The position numbers and the translations under genes are program-made. Shown one piece after another: positions 1 through 18,243 of a stretch of DNA of 64,000 nt. This DNA comes from Amoebidium appalachense (Eukaryota; Protista; Ichthyosporea). Numbering within the stretch: position 1 is the stretch's first letter; each line of letters starts with the position of its first letter. The notes beneath the pieces are model-generated. The model did no database searches. It was not told the origin of the DNA and was given only the letters and a program-made list of their open reading frames with translations. The stretch is from NCBI GenBank assembly GCA_963693365.1, contig CAVNZM010000014.1:806001-870000 (forward strand). Direction: 5' to 3'.

Positions 1-974
1 TGGGATTTTAATCCGAAGCCGGGAGCGGCTGCCGGCATATGATGATACCCACGAAAAGTTCTCTGCAAATTTATACAAAGATTTTTAGTTTAATGCTTTT
101 ATTTATTCGTCGCTTTTTCTTGTAATGATGGTCTCGACTGTATCGCGGCCGGCCGAAAACCCTCCTAGCTAGGCCCCGCCCCTGCCGACCTGGTGCCAAC
201 AATTGCAATATCCTCCCACCATAGAATATGAATACTCTTAGACTAGCCCAAATGCTCAAGGTGGCCTAAAAAAAACACAATATACAAATTCACGACCGTA
301 TAAAATTGATAAATATTTTGATTCATGCAGCCAAGTACCAGCGAAAAGCTTTGGTGGACGTCTGCGTCACAACTACTGTGTACATATGTATTGTTATGGT
401 AGGTGTGTTGTATACGTGTGGTTACCCATACATAACTATAAGACACCATACAGCAGATCCACTGAGCCTTATATAATGTCCACACACACACACACGATTG
501 CCTACAGTAGCTACTTTCTCCTTCGGGTCCACACGCTACATCTTCTGGTATGCTATGCAGAGAACATCATTCGAAGATTGAAATTTTAAAGATTTTACAA
601 CACACCCTTCGTCATTCCAATGATACACGTATGATTGTGTGCTGTAACAAACTTGTGCCTTCCTTGTGCAAGCCTGTCGGTGTCGAAAAGTAAACCAAAG
701 TTTTCCTCCGCTATTTCCATTCAGACATCTCACAAAAGCGCCTGCAGCAAAAAAACAAGTTACTATAAACTCGCGAGGCCAAGAAACATCGTTTACTGCT
801 GCGGAGAGAGGGGGGGGGGGGGGGGGGGGAAGGGCCCAAGGAGGGGGGGGGAGGGGGATGTTTGTGACATATTTGTGTCGCATTTCATGTGTTGTGTAAA
901 GATATGTAAGTGTGCTTGTGCGCATGTGAACATTTGTATCTATCCTCTTATTGTACATGATCAGCTAGCTTGTT

Positions 975-5865
<4,891 letters not shown>

Positions 5866-6026
5866 TATCCCCAGACTCACAAGCACACTCACTATCTCAA
5901 TGTGCGTCAACCTCTGCGCCTGTGTACGTGTGTGGGTGGTAATGTGGGTGGTGTGAGGTTTTGGTGGGGTAGAGGTGGGTGGTTGGAAGCGGAGGGGCGC
6001 GTGGGGGAGGGGGGGGGCAGAGGGTG

Positions 6027-6071
<45 letters not shown>

Positions 6072-6221
6072 TGTGTCTGCGCGCGCACGCGGGTGCGCGC
6101 GTGTGTGTATGTGTGTGTTTTTTTTCTTTTTTCTTTCTTTTTTTTTTTTTTTTGGGGGGGGGGGGGGGGGAGGGGGGGGAGGGAGGGGGAAGTGATGTTG
6201 TGTGTGTGTATGTGTGTGTTT

Positions 6222-6266
<45 letters not shown>

Positions 6267-7149
6267 GGGAGGGAGTGATTGTGTGCGTCTGCGTGTCTGT
6301 GTGTGTGGGGTGGGGGAGGGGGAGGAGGATCTTGATCGTTACTAAGTATTGTGGATCTCAATGGGAGCAGGGACCCAGAGGGGAGAACGGAGGGATGGGG
6401 AGAGGGGAGAGGGGGGAGGGGGAAGAGAAGGAGGGGGGGGAGGAAGGGGGGATGAGTATGGTCAATGTGTGCCGTGCAGTGCAAGAAAACATTAACCTCT
6501 TGAGGCCCGGACTAATTGATTTGGACGGGTCCCGACCAAGGCCTAAACAATTCTATTGCGGCTCAAAATCGATAGAAAAAGCTCACATAAATTGCATATG
6601 CCGACAGGTATATGTCTTACCTACATACATTACTAAGATGGTTTGGTGAAAATATCATTATTTCATATACTTTTATATCTGTTTCTGAAGTGACTTTCGA
6701 GATTTTGAGACAATCTTGGAGTTGCCATCGAATGTCGACTGAGCCATCCAATCATGTTTTGCCATTTGGAGCCTTTTTCAGAATGGTCCAATCAGAAGAT
6801 TGCATTGACAGCATTTTGATGTCGTCATTGACTCGTCAAGCCGGCAAGCACCTTTTATAGTTACACCATATACAAAGTATTGTTATTAGAATAAAGTTCA
6901 AATTTTTCTTGCATAAGACGAAGGATAAGTTTATATTCTAATCTCGTGCAAATTTTATTTGGTTAGCTCTTATCAAATTCATGTCCACATTAGAGCACAA
7001 ACTGACTCGTGTCGATGTCAGTTGACTAGATGTCGATCTCGTGGAAATTACGGATCTGAACAGGTTAAATCACTATCATACCGCTTCAAACGCATATGTC
7101 ATATCAATGGGAGAATACAAAGAGCGGAAACCCTCTACATAATAACGTT

Positions 7150-8218
7150 CTAAGTAGGTGTTGACCACTCCAAAAAGGTGCAGGGATTGGTGACAAAATC
7201 ATTGGGAGTGCGATAAGTGGAGCCAAGAGTACAATACAAGATGATAACATGTGACGACATCAACATGTAGCCAGCAACATCGTAACATAAACACAGCCTG
7301 CTCCCAGAGGGGCAGGGCGGGGGGGGGGGGGGGTTTGAATGTGTTCTATGGTGCAAAGTGCACCTCTTTATACTAACGAACAACACAATGCAGAATGCAA
7401 CCCACACATTGAGTATGCATAAGGCCCCTGGGGACGGGGGTGGGGGGAGGGGGGAAGGCCTGGGAGGAGGGAAGGGGGGAAACAAGGTTGGGGGGGGGGG
7501 GGGGGGGGGTTTGAATGCGTCAAAAAGTACGAAGTACACAAGAACAAACGGATAACACGATGCAGAATGCAAGCCATACATAAAGAGTATGCATAATAAG
7601 CAGAGCCCATCCTCAGGGGAGGCCCACGTCATCCACAGTACCCGAGTTTCGACCTATTCCCCTCGTTAACGAAACCCAACTCAGATACTGTTTCACTTGA
7701 ACATGAGTAGGTCACCCGTCTTGATCAGAGACGAGCAGGGTTGCTTATGCAGGCAAGGGCAGTGGGAAAGGCCGGGGGTTAAAGTTGCAGCAGTAAGCAG
7801 AAGCAAGAAAAATGGGGGGGGGGGGGGGGTGTAAGCATACCGTGTATCTGTAGAGATAGCCATCTGAGGCCCATTGTGTGTGGGGGGGTGGGTGCTGGGT
7901 GGGTGTGCCAGCAAGAAGAGAAAAGACTATGATTGCATCTTGGGGCCTACCCCTTGAACGGTGGTGGTGGATGAAATGGCCCAGACAAAGTAGGGATGCA
8001 CTGTGTAGCTCATGCGCACGTACCTGTGTGTGTGTGTGTGTGTGTGGGAAGAGGGCGAGAGAGTGAGGAAGGGTGGGTGGGTGGGTGGGTGGGGGGGGGG
8101 GAGAGAGAGAAGGGGAAGGAGGGGAAGGCGGGGAGGGGGGGAGGGGGATTATAAAACAGGAGGGGTGTTCACACGTTTGTGTGTGTGTGTGTACGTGTGT
8201 GTACGTGTGTGTACGTGT

Positions 8219-8302
<84 letters not shown>

Positions 8303-8303
8303 T

Positions 8304-8348
<45 letters not shown>

Positions 8349-8800
8349 GAGTGAGTGAGTGAGCGTGTGAGCGTGTGTGCTTGTGTGTGTGTGTGTGTGT
8401 ATGTGTGCGTGATTGGGCAGCGAGTGTATTTTCACCCGTAGTCTATTTCTCTGTGTGTAGTTTAAAGAACGGGAAGAATGTACGCGCAATACCTCGGATG
8501 CGGCGGCCGGGGAAGGGGGGGGGGGGGGGGGGAGGGGGGGGGGGAAGGGGGGTGTGGAGGCAGAGACAGTGTGTGTCAAAGATGGAGAACGGGGAAAACG
8601 GAAAGCAGAAAGTGGAAAGCTAAAGAGGGCTTGTAAAGAGGAACACACATGATGAAGTTGGAGGAGATGAACATTTCAGCAGGGAGGGATGATGATATTT
8701 TATCATAAATCGGAACAAGAGAAAACAATCGATTAGCGAGAAAAGGGGTAGGAGTGCAGACGGAGACCCCGAGGGTGGGTGGGTGGGTGGGTGGGTGGGT

Positions 8801-8841
<41 letters not shown>

Positions 8842-9832
8842 GGGGGGGAGCAGGGAGTGATGATGGTGGTGGCAGTGGTGGGTGGGTGGGTGGGTGGGTG
8901 ATGTGGGGAGGGGGTGAATTGTGGTGGTGGAGGGGGGGAGGGGGGGGGGGGAGGAGGGGATGGAGGGGGGAGGGGGGGGGGGGGGGGGGGTAATACACAC
9001 CGGTCTTGAGCAGAGGACCGAGTCGATGAGAGGGGCCACGTGTGCAGCGGGGGCAGTGAGAGCAGTAGAGTGCCACCCAAAGAGAGACACGTAGGCAAAA
9101 AGAAACTCCGTCAGCCACTTCACAGCTGAAGAAAAAAAAAGAAGGGAGGTTAGAATGTGTTGCAGAGGACGGAGTACACATTCCCGACGGCTAAATACAA
9201 TGCGGGGTTTTCACAAGAACAGCACTTGTAAAGAGTATGCATATTAAATAGAGCCCTTCCTCTAGGGAGGCCATAATTTGTGAATGGATAGGTGGGTGTA
9301 GGTCTCCTGGGGCGGGCGGGCAGGGGGGAGGGGGGAGGGGGGGGGGGGGACATCAGCATTTTTTTATATTTTATTATTTTATTATTTTTTTTTTTTAGGA
9401 TTTAGCAGGTGCCCACACCCAGCATCACTCCCAAGCACAACTGCAAAGCATTAGGTATTTGCTCTTACTCCGTCCCTCTTCCACTTAGAACACCCTCCTC
9501 TCCCCTAGAAGAAAGAAAACATCCCCTCCCCACCTCCCCATCCCCCACCTCCCTCCCCCCACCCCCACCCATCCCTTCCTCTCTGCCCTAACATACCAAT
9601 TTATCTCCATCATCCGTGTTGCTTTCTTCCACTCCGCACAAACAACAGCAACGTCGTATCCTTAAAAAAACACGATGTTCATAATGGATGATCAGAACAG
9701 TAATAAAACACAACAACAGGAACAGAGGAGGGGCAGGAGCCCGGGGAGGGGGGGGGGGGGGGGTGGGGGGGGGGGGTCCTTCTTTCCTTCTTATTGCGCT
9801 GTCTTCTCCTTTCTGCCTTTTCTTTTTCTTTC

Positions 9833-9867
<35 letters not shown>

Positions 9868-9896
9868 GCATTATCTTTCACGTGGGCGGGCGAAGG

Positions 9897-9932
<36 letters not shown>

Positions 9933-11118
9933 CCACCTAGTGGATATGGTTCGAGTGCCAGCATGTTTGTGAGTGTGTCGATGGCAACCCCTCCATCCCT
10001 ACCTCCGCGACCTGCGCACAAAAACAAAAATAGGCTTTCGGTCAATTTGCAGCTACAATAAGTTCTGTTCTTTCTTTCCTTTCCCTAAGGTTTCCGAGTG
10101 TTTTTTTTTTGTGCTCTGTGTTGGTTGTTTGGGGGTGGTGGCGAACAACAAGCGCGCAGCATACACCAAGCAACACTCGCACACCTAGAGCCGGGGCTTA
10201 ACAACTATATCGGCAATGTCATAAAACATTGCTAATCGTGAAATTCGTGAAATGACGCAATAAACCATTGGTGGGATTGGATGCACCCGCAGAGTCATGT
10301 GAAATGTGATCGGGCGACGTTCATATGACAAATGACGTCATATTTACATCACACCGAGAAATGACACCGGGCACACGAGAGTGCCATACACACACTAATC
10401 CGTAGGGTTGATAGAGAGGCAGACGTGATGGTTTCCCTAATTTTCTCTTTACTCGTCAAGCATGGTGTGGGTGTGAATAAGGTGTGCTCTATTCCTTGCT
10501 TCTGTATGGTTGTGGGCAGGGTGTAAGGCTCCAAGAATGGAAGGCAACAGCAGGCAGAGGGACTAAACGACATTCCCTGTCGACGGTGGGTGATTCCATG
10601 AGAAGGGGGGGGGGGGGAGAAGCGGTGGCTGTGTGTGCGTGTGTGTGCGCACTGAGGGTGTGGGTGGGTGGGTGTGTGTGTGTTGGGGGGGGGGGGGGGG
10701 GGGGGGAGAGGGAAGGGGAAGGGAACGGAGGGGGGGGAGGGGGAGGGGGCAGTATAGGGGGTAAGGGGCCACCACCTCCCACCTCTGCCATCACAGCCCC
10801 AGCCAGTCGATGCATCAGCGCTGCCTGTCGGGTGGGTCCCTGCCCCCCCCTCGACACTACTTCTCCTGTGTCCCCCCCTACCTCTCCCTTCCCCCTCCAC
10901 CTCCTCCCGCACCGCGCTGCGTTCTGATAGGCTTTGGCGCACACATGATCGCAGGTGCTCTTCGTTCATTGGCTGATGACCTGTGCAGTTGTATTTCATT
11001 GGTCAATTGTCATAACCTGCAAAGGACAAACACACAAACAGGAGTATATTGTCTTCCTTCCAAACTCCCCACAATCACTTCTACAATTCTCCCTTCTCCA
11101 CCCCTTCTCCCCTCCCCC

Positions 11119-11215
<97 letters not shown>

Positions 11216-11552
11216 CCCATCATCGCTTCCCACCCAGTTCCTCTCCTCCCCATAGCTACCACCATTTGTGTTAAGACACTCGCGTTAGAGACTCGGGTGG
11301 AGTTACAAAGCCGCAGTCTAGTAATCCGTACGAGAAACACTACTCACAGGTGTATGTGTGCAAGACCAAATAGGAGACAATGGCAAGTGGTGTGAGCAAG
11401 ATGGTGGTGGGTGGTTTATGTTGATTATATGCCTCCTCCTCCTCCTCCTCCTTCCTCCTCCTCCTCCTCCTCCTCCTCCTCCTCCTCCACCACCACCACC
11501 ACCTTCTTCTTCTTCTTCTTCTTCTTCTTCTCCTTCTTCTTCTTCTTCTTTC

Positions 11553-11592
<40 letters not shown>

Positions 11593-12031
11593 GGGGGAGG
11601 GGGGGGGGGGGGGGAGGGGGGGGGGGGATATCATACCAGCACACCGATAAGCATGCTGCCTCAACTCCTGTAGTAGGAGGTCTGTGTCCTGGAGCCATGT
11701 CTGAGGGCCTGCATTCTGTGAGGACAAGAAAAAAGAATCAATACATGATGTAAGGGATGGGATGCTCTCTCTCCCTGTATGTGTTGATGGGATACTGGCT
11801 CTCTCTCCCTCTCCCCCTCGCCCTTCCCCCCACCACCAGCACCCTCTCTTCCCTCTCTTTTTTCTGCTCTGTCTACCCCTCATGCCCCTCTCCAGCCCAC
11901 CTTCCTTCCCACCCTCCTGCTCTTTACACCCCCCCCTCTCCCTTCCCCTCCCCCCTCTCTGCCTTAAAAAAAAAAAAACAAAGTTGCCATCAGGGATACC
12001 TTTTCTTCCGGATTTGCCCCCTTCCCCAGCC

Positions 12032-12092
<61 letters not shown>

Positions 12093-12574
12093 TGCCCCGG
12101 AAAAAGAAAAAATCAAAAGAAAGAAATAAGGCCTGAAAAAAGCCCACCACGCCCAGTGTACATACAGGCATCTAAAATAGCATGTCCTTGATTCCACCAT
12201 TTTCTCTCGCTTTCTTTCTTTACCCTGTTTTTGTAAAGTTCTTCAAATAGCTCCATATGCACATACCTCTGTGTTGGCGATACCGGTAGCCATCCTGCAT
12301 GGGCGTAACATGTGTGAGTAAAGTAATTAGTAACGTGAAATTTCGCAAACCAGAGAGAAAAAAAAAGTTGGTCGGTTGAGGAGAGACACGCACAGCATGA
12401 AAGGGCAACAGTAAGAAACCTTCGTGATTGAAGAAAAAAAGTTTCACACCCACAACATATGGCTGGCTACTATATGTTGGTAAATTCGGCAGAAAATAAA
12501 GGGGTGTTTATGTTTGCTTGTGTGTGCGTGTGAATTTGCAAGCAGAAAGGCAGGGCGGAGAAAGCGCACATGCG

Positions 12575-12658
<84 letters not shown>

Positions 12659-14295
12659 TGTGTGTGTGTGTGTGCGTGTGTGTGCGTGTATGCACGCGCA
12701 CGCGCACGCGCATGTGTGTGTGTGTGTGTGTGGTGTGTGTGTATGTGTGTGTTTGTGTGTGTGTGTGCGTGTGTGTGTGTGTGCGTACGTGCGTGTGTGT
12801 GTGTCAGTGTGCGTGTTCGAGTGTTTTTGTAAGCACCTCCATGCGTTCGTCGTAGGCAAGCATGTGTGTGTGTTTGCGTTTGTGTGTGTTTGTGTATGTG
12901 TGGGGGGGGGGGAGGGGGGCGGGGAAGGGAGGGGGGGCACGTGAGGGCAAGCGTGCATGTGAACGTTGGTCTCTCCGTGTACGTGCGTGCGCGCGTGCGT
13001 GTGTTCGTGTGTGCGTGTGTGCGTGCGTGCATGTGTGCGTGCTGGGGACTGTCCGTCTCTGTGCGTGTGCGTGTTTTTGTGTGCGGCCGTGTGCATGTGC
13101 ATGTGCGTGTGCGTGTGTTCATGTGTGCGTGTGAATGCAGGCACGTGCATGTGTGTGTGCAAGCATTTCACGTGTGTGCACGCGCGTGAGTGTGTGCTGG
13201 GCTCAAGGCCTCCTAAATAGCACTTCAATTCTACTTGGGAGGCCCTGGCTGGGCTGTTTCAACAGATTTGCCATTGGACAGCGGGGGAATAGGATGTGTA
13301 TATGCGTGTGTGTGTGTGTTTTTTTTTTTTTTTTTTTTTTTTTTTTTGGGGGGGGGGGGGGGGGTTTGAATGCGGAACACAGTACGAAGTACGCATACAC
13401 GATGAGAAGCATGGTGCAGGACACATGCAAAGGCAAACATTCAAGTATGCAGCATCAGCCATGCGCACAGTATGCGTCATAAGCAGAGCCCATCCTCAGG
13501 GAGGGCCCAAGTCATCAATTGCGTCTGAGTTTCGACCCCTTAGCCCGCGTATATACGACGCTCCAACTCAGACAGCAGCATCAACTGAACTTGGGTGGGT
13601 CAACCCGTCTTGATCAAAGACGAGCAGGGTTGCTTATGCAAGCAAGGTGAGCAAAACGGTGAAGATGTATGTGCAAACTAATGCAGTGCAGCGACAAACG
13701 CGTATGTGCTTACAGATGCACGACACAGAGCAACCATGCCCGGTTGCATGGAAGTAAAGATGTCTCCACACAGTGGTCTGTCCTGAAAGGACACCTCTGA
13801 AAGAAGACAGGGGGGGTTTTGAATGCGGAACACAGTACGAAGTACGCATACACGATGAGAAGCATGGTGCAGGACACATGCAAAGGCAAACATTCAAGTA
13901 TGCAGCATCAGCCATGCGCACAGTATGCGTCATAAGCAGAGCCCATCCTCAGGGAGGGCCCAAGTCATCAATTGCGTCTGAGTTTCGACCCCTTAGCCCG
14001 CGTATATACGACGCTCCAACTCAGACAGCAGCATCAACTGAACTTGGGTGGGTCAACCCGTCTTGATCAAAGACGAGCAGGGTTGCTTATGCAAGCAAGG
14101 TGAGCAAAACGGTGAAGATGTATGTGCAAACTAATGCAGTGCAGCGACAAACGCGTATGTGCTTACAGATGCACGACACAGAGCAACCATGCCCGGTTGC
14201 ATGGGGGGGGGGGGGGGGGAGGGGAAACGAGCGGGGGGATGGGAAGGGGGGTGGGGAGGGGGAGGGGCCGGGGTTTTTTTTTTTTTTTTTTTTTG

Positions 14296-14332
<37 letters not shown>

Positions 14333-15272
14333 AGAAGTGCAGATACCCCCTTAAGGTGCATGTAGCAGACCTTGGCTGGCACTATTTTCTAGTGATCGTT
14401 GTGTAGAATATAAGTACTGCAGCTGCTGTATCTTTGCCGTGCAAATTTGTGAGCCATGGTGCATTTTTCACCAACCTTCCGGTCGCACTTACGTAAGGTT
14501 ACGTAACATCCTTCTGCGGGGAGCTAAGCACTGGAGCAAGAGTGGAGTGACTGTTGTCCAGCTAGCACGCTCGGAGCAACGCGTTTACCGTATGCGTGGG
14601 ATGCACATGTGTGAGTCAAGTATATGGATGTGTCCCCCTGCATTAATGCTTATTCGAGTACAGTACGCGCCGGAGTGTGCTTGTGTGTGCGAGTGCAATG
14701 TAGTTGGCATGTGCTCGCGCATGTCAAGTTGTACGCACCTGCTGCATGTATGCACGCACATGCACGCGTGTCTGCATGACGCGGAACGTATTTTCTTTTC
14801 ATGTCCAGAAGACGCGTTGGGGGGGTGAGGAAGGAGGGGGACGGGGAGGGGTGAGGAGGGACGGGGGCGGGTGGAAGGAGGGAACAAATTCAGCGCATGC
14901 AAAGAACCACTCCCGAGCTCCTTTCCCTCCCTCCCTATTGAAGACTTAGATATCATATATGGCTCAGGCAGTCAAACAGCTGGTAGAGTCTGTGTGCGTA
15001 ACAAATGTCCTTCTCAATATCGTAATATAGTACCGTCGGCATGGTTTGTTTCAAAGCACTACATCTCGCTTCATCTCTACTCCGCACAGTTATAAATCCT
15101 CCCGTGGCCATCATATGCGCTTGATGCCCGGTGCCAGTGCCCATACCTACGTAGCTACGTACATGTGCTGGGAGCATGGGTACCAGCCGGCAGCCAGATT
15201 GTGTTATTGCAGTCAGGTGGCCAAACCTTTAATCTTTTGCGACGACAGTACGGCCATAGCAAATCACAACAC

Positions 15273-15342
<70 letters not shown>

Positions 15343-15476
15343 CCGTCACGCACGCACGCACGCGCACACGCACACGCACACGCACACGCACACGCACACG
15401 CACACGCACACGCACACACACAGACACAAGCACGCACGCACGCACGCACGGGCGCACGCACGGGCGCTCGCGCGCG

Positions 15477-15507
<31 letters not shown>

Positions 15508-15548
15508 CCATACACACACGCACACACGCACACACACACGCACACACG

Positions 15549-15596
<48 letters not shown>

Positions 15597-16000
15597 CACG
15601 CACGCACACATCGTGGAACACACACACCGTGGAACACACACATAGAGTAGCAGGTTTTTTTTTTTTTTGTTTTTTTTTTGGGGGGGGGGGGGGGGTGGAG
15701 GGAGGGAGGGAGGGAGGGGGGAGGGCCAGGAACCGCAGAACTCGCTGCAGACACCAGGGCAGCTATGAAAGTTTGGTTTTCAAACATTGTTAGCCATGCG
15801 CCGTGTGCGATCATCCTTCCTCCTTTCAGCGAAATTCCCGGCTTCTGCATGTAGCCTACTAGATTCTTCAGCTGCATTTTTCGTTCTTTCCAAAACTCAA
15901 AGCATGAATGTAGGCAAAGGTCCCCGACAGGCAATAACCAGAATTCTTTTTTGTTCTGCCAGAAGGGTAGCTGTCATTTTGCCACTTTCTGAGGCACGGA
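7150..16000 (-). CDS. Multi-exon gene of unknown product (boundaries approximate)
   Basis: Protein-like exons with canonical splice sites: ~15930-15735 ([28 protein letters not shown]...), ~12295-12170 ([43 protein letters not shown]), ~11710-11640 ([24 protein letters not shown]), ~10010-9935 joined to ~9660-9597 ([37 protein letters not shown]), ~9125-9001, ~8023-7952 and ~7863-7841. Confidence 0.5.
7334..7423 (-). mobile_element. Poly-C-anchored non-coding element, family C (short fragment)
   Basis: On + it follows a poly-G tract with TTTGAATG, like families A and B. Shares ATGCAGAATGCAA...GAGTATGCATAA with family B and has a hairpin at the same 17-nt offset from the fixed end. Confidence 0.65.
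7510..7813 (-). mobile_element. Poly-C-anchored non-coding element, family B (~304 bp, probably full monomer)
   Basis: Near-identical to 53610-53914 with the same two ends. Partial inverted copy at 41576-41712. Flanked by poly-G on +. Confidence 0.9.
13204..13247. mobile_element. 44-bp hAT-like micro-MITE
   Basis: Imperfect TIRs CAAGGCCTCCTAAATAG / CTACTTGGGAGGCCCTG, flanked by the exact 8-bp direct repeat GCTGGGCT. Same TIR as 37011-37049. Confidence 0.8.
13365..14204 (-). mobile_element. Poly-C-anchored non-coding element, family A, ~1.85 head-to-tail units (452-453 bp unit)
   Basis: Unit starts at 13365 and 13817/13818. Poly-G on both sides on +. Same sequence as 60372-61691 apart from a few substitutions. 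Confidence 0.92.
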
Positions 16001-16672
16001 CTTCATTCTAGCATTCAACCAGAGATCACATTGGATTGTTCATACGTTGTGAAACTTGTGAGCAACACGGAACTCGTGCATGCAATTGCAAATTAATTCA
16101 CACTGTGACACCGAAATCGCTAGAATGCTTATGCTGTTTTTAGTTTTCTATTGGTCGCCACGGCTCTATCAGTTGTGGCAGAGGCATAAGTTAAGCCCAG
16201 TTGCAAATGCACGGCAGAAACAGTTACTGACAAGCCCTTGATTCATTTATACATACATATTTACATACAGTAGCGGGTCTGGGATATTCTCAAACAATGG
16301 CAATCATTTGTGTTGCACAAAGATATATATCTCAGGCTGAATGGAAGGTTGATAGGCCGTGTCTATTACATCTCTCATGACTAAAGACTGTGTCTAACAG
16401 TCAACAATGAAGAATTTTTACATAGAGATACTCTTATTCCTACTTTTTTTTTTTAATTATAAATTTCATTGAAATGCACCCCGGTGACTTTCATTCATAA
16501 AGACAAGGTGGTCGATCATCCATGCATATCTGAACAATAACAACTGGGCACCTCTACAGATTACATAAAAATTTATGGAAGGCACCTACATCACATATGT
16601 CATACAAACCCTATTTTCAAACTCAAAAGTACTTTACGCAGAAATAAAAATAACTTTATACAAACAAAATAA

Positions 16673-17947
16673 CTACGAGTCAGGTAAAGCACCATCCTCG
16701 CGCTTTTGCACAACAAGGTCCACCGCTTCCAACAACTCAATAGGCAGATTCATAAGTATGTCGTGCAGATTCATACCGCCCGGCTCATCTCTGTGCCAAC
16801 CCCACCCTCCATCGCCCGCAGGAAGACTCCGAGTGGTGCGCAAGGTTTGGGGACCCGTTGTTGGTGTGTCTTCCTTCAAGTATGCGACCAATTCGTCTAA
16901 CGATGTTCTGCCCATGCCCATCTCCAATGTCAACCCAACCATAGTGTCGCTAGTTACCGACATACTACGAGCAAAGGGCTGGGGTGGTTGTTGTGATACA
17001 GGGAGTTTGGGGCTTTGCATTTTATCCGGGTGGTAGCTGAGGTCCTGTCTTCCTCGTGCCTTCGTGCTGCCATAGGGGTTATACGGTTCGGGCGCAGGGT
17101 TCACCCGGCCCGCCTGCAAACCAATACTAAAAGGTCCGTCGGCAGCCCCCCTCTCACGCTTGATAAGGTCCCGCCCACCATAGGGGGATAGTTTTGTGTG
17201 TATCTGTGCGGGTGCGTAGGGCAACCCACCTAGACTGACCATTGCCTGCAAGGCCACGGTCTCATCCTCGCTAGGGCGCCTTCCCAATCTCAGAGGTTTT
17301 GCAGGGATTATGGGCTCTGTCATATCTGTGCTACTGGCGACGGACAGGCTGAGTGTGTCGCTATGCTCACTTGATGACATGCGTCGCAGGTGGGAACTTT
17401 GATAGCTGCCAAAGGCCGTAAAAGCCTGACCGCGTGCTCGCCTATCTTCTCTGAAGAACCTAAGGTCTGTGTTTGGCGCATCTTTCAGCGGGCCGAGTTT
17501 TACATCCCTGCGCTGTGCCACCCGTGTGCGACCTGCAACGTAGGGTGCCAAAGAATGGGTCGTGCGCCTACGTACGCTGCTAGGCACTTTGGATGGGGAT
17601 GAATCCGCGCGTGTTCGCAAGTGTGTTTGCAACTCCGCAACTGCATCGGTAGCGTTGCTGGAGGGGGTGTCCTGCACTACGCTGTATATCTGCTCGTCTA
17701 ACTCTGCACGAATAGACTGTATTCTCTTTTCATGTTCCTCAGCACGTTGTTTCTGGAGTGCGATCTTGTCTGAAAACTTGCGCGGGTGCCATGTGACCGC
17801 CTCCCCGTTAGAATGGTGTGTCGTTTGCCACGCATCCTGTGGCATGTTGTGTGGGTGATGTGGTAGAGCTTGTAGAATAGGTGCGTCTCTGCCCCCGTGT
17901 GCACGCAACGGAGTCGGATCTGTTAAATAGCCACACGTGAGGGCCAT
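16673..17947 (-). CDS. CRTC: Intronless CRTC/TORC (CREB-regulated transcription coactivator) N-domain protein, 424 aa
   Basis: Clean non-repetitive ORF. HPRKFSDKIALQKQRAEE matches the TORC_N signature NPRKFSEKIALxxQxQAEE. Several basic RxxS-type motifs (RADS, RRMSSS, RRPS, RSMS). Similarity is recognised only for the N-domain. Confidence 0.75.
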   Translation of the reverse strand: MALTCGYLTDPTPLRAHGGRDAPILQALPHHPHNMPQDAWQTTHHSNGEAVTWHPRKFSDKIALQKQRAEEHEKRIQSIRAELDEQIYSVVQDTPSSNATDAVAELQTHLRTRADSSPSKVPSSVRRRTTHSLAPYVAGRTRVAQRRDVKLGPLKDAPNTDLRFFREDRRARGQAFTAFGSYQSSHLRRMSSSEHSDTLSLSVASSTDMTEPIIPAKPLRLGRRPSEDETVALQAMVSLGGLPYAPAQIHTKLSPYGGRDLIKRERGAADGPFSIGLQAGRVNPAPEPYNPYGSTKARGRQDLSYHPDKMQSPKLPVSQQPPQPFARSMSVTSDTMVGLTLEMGMGRTSLDELVAYLKEDTPTTGPQTLRTTRSLPAGDGGWGWHRDEPGGMNLHDILMNLPIELLEAVDLVVQKREDGALPDS

Positions 17948-18243
17948 TTGGTGAACTTTGTGGGGTACGAGTAATTAGATGTGAGGCAAAGGCGTAAAAA
18001 CAAAGGAGGATAGTCAGCTATTCATAGTGTCACCAAAAAAAAAAAAAAAAAAAAAAGATAACTATATACAAGGACCTGTGTACAATAGTGAGTCTTGTCC
18101 GTCACAACTCACAAGTTCGACTCACAACTGATGCTTCAAGGCGCTGAGGCTGCTCACACACGGTTAGTCTACACTGAGATAACGTGGCTAAAAGATTTTT
18201 GCAGATGTGTTACATTAGTCAATGCCCAAAAGGACTCCAGAGT

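Noticed and set aside
15970-16006. In-frame TGA readthrough ([15 protein letters not shown]...) on the minus strand
   Set aside because: Equally explained by a CAG acceptor right after the TGA or by a downstream start. No SECIS evidence.
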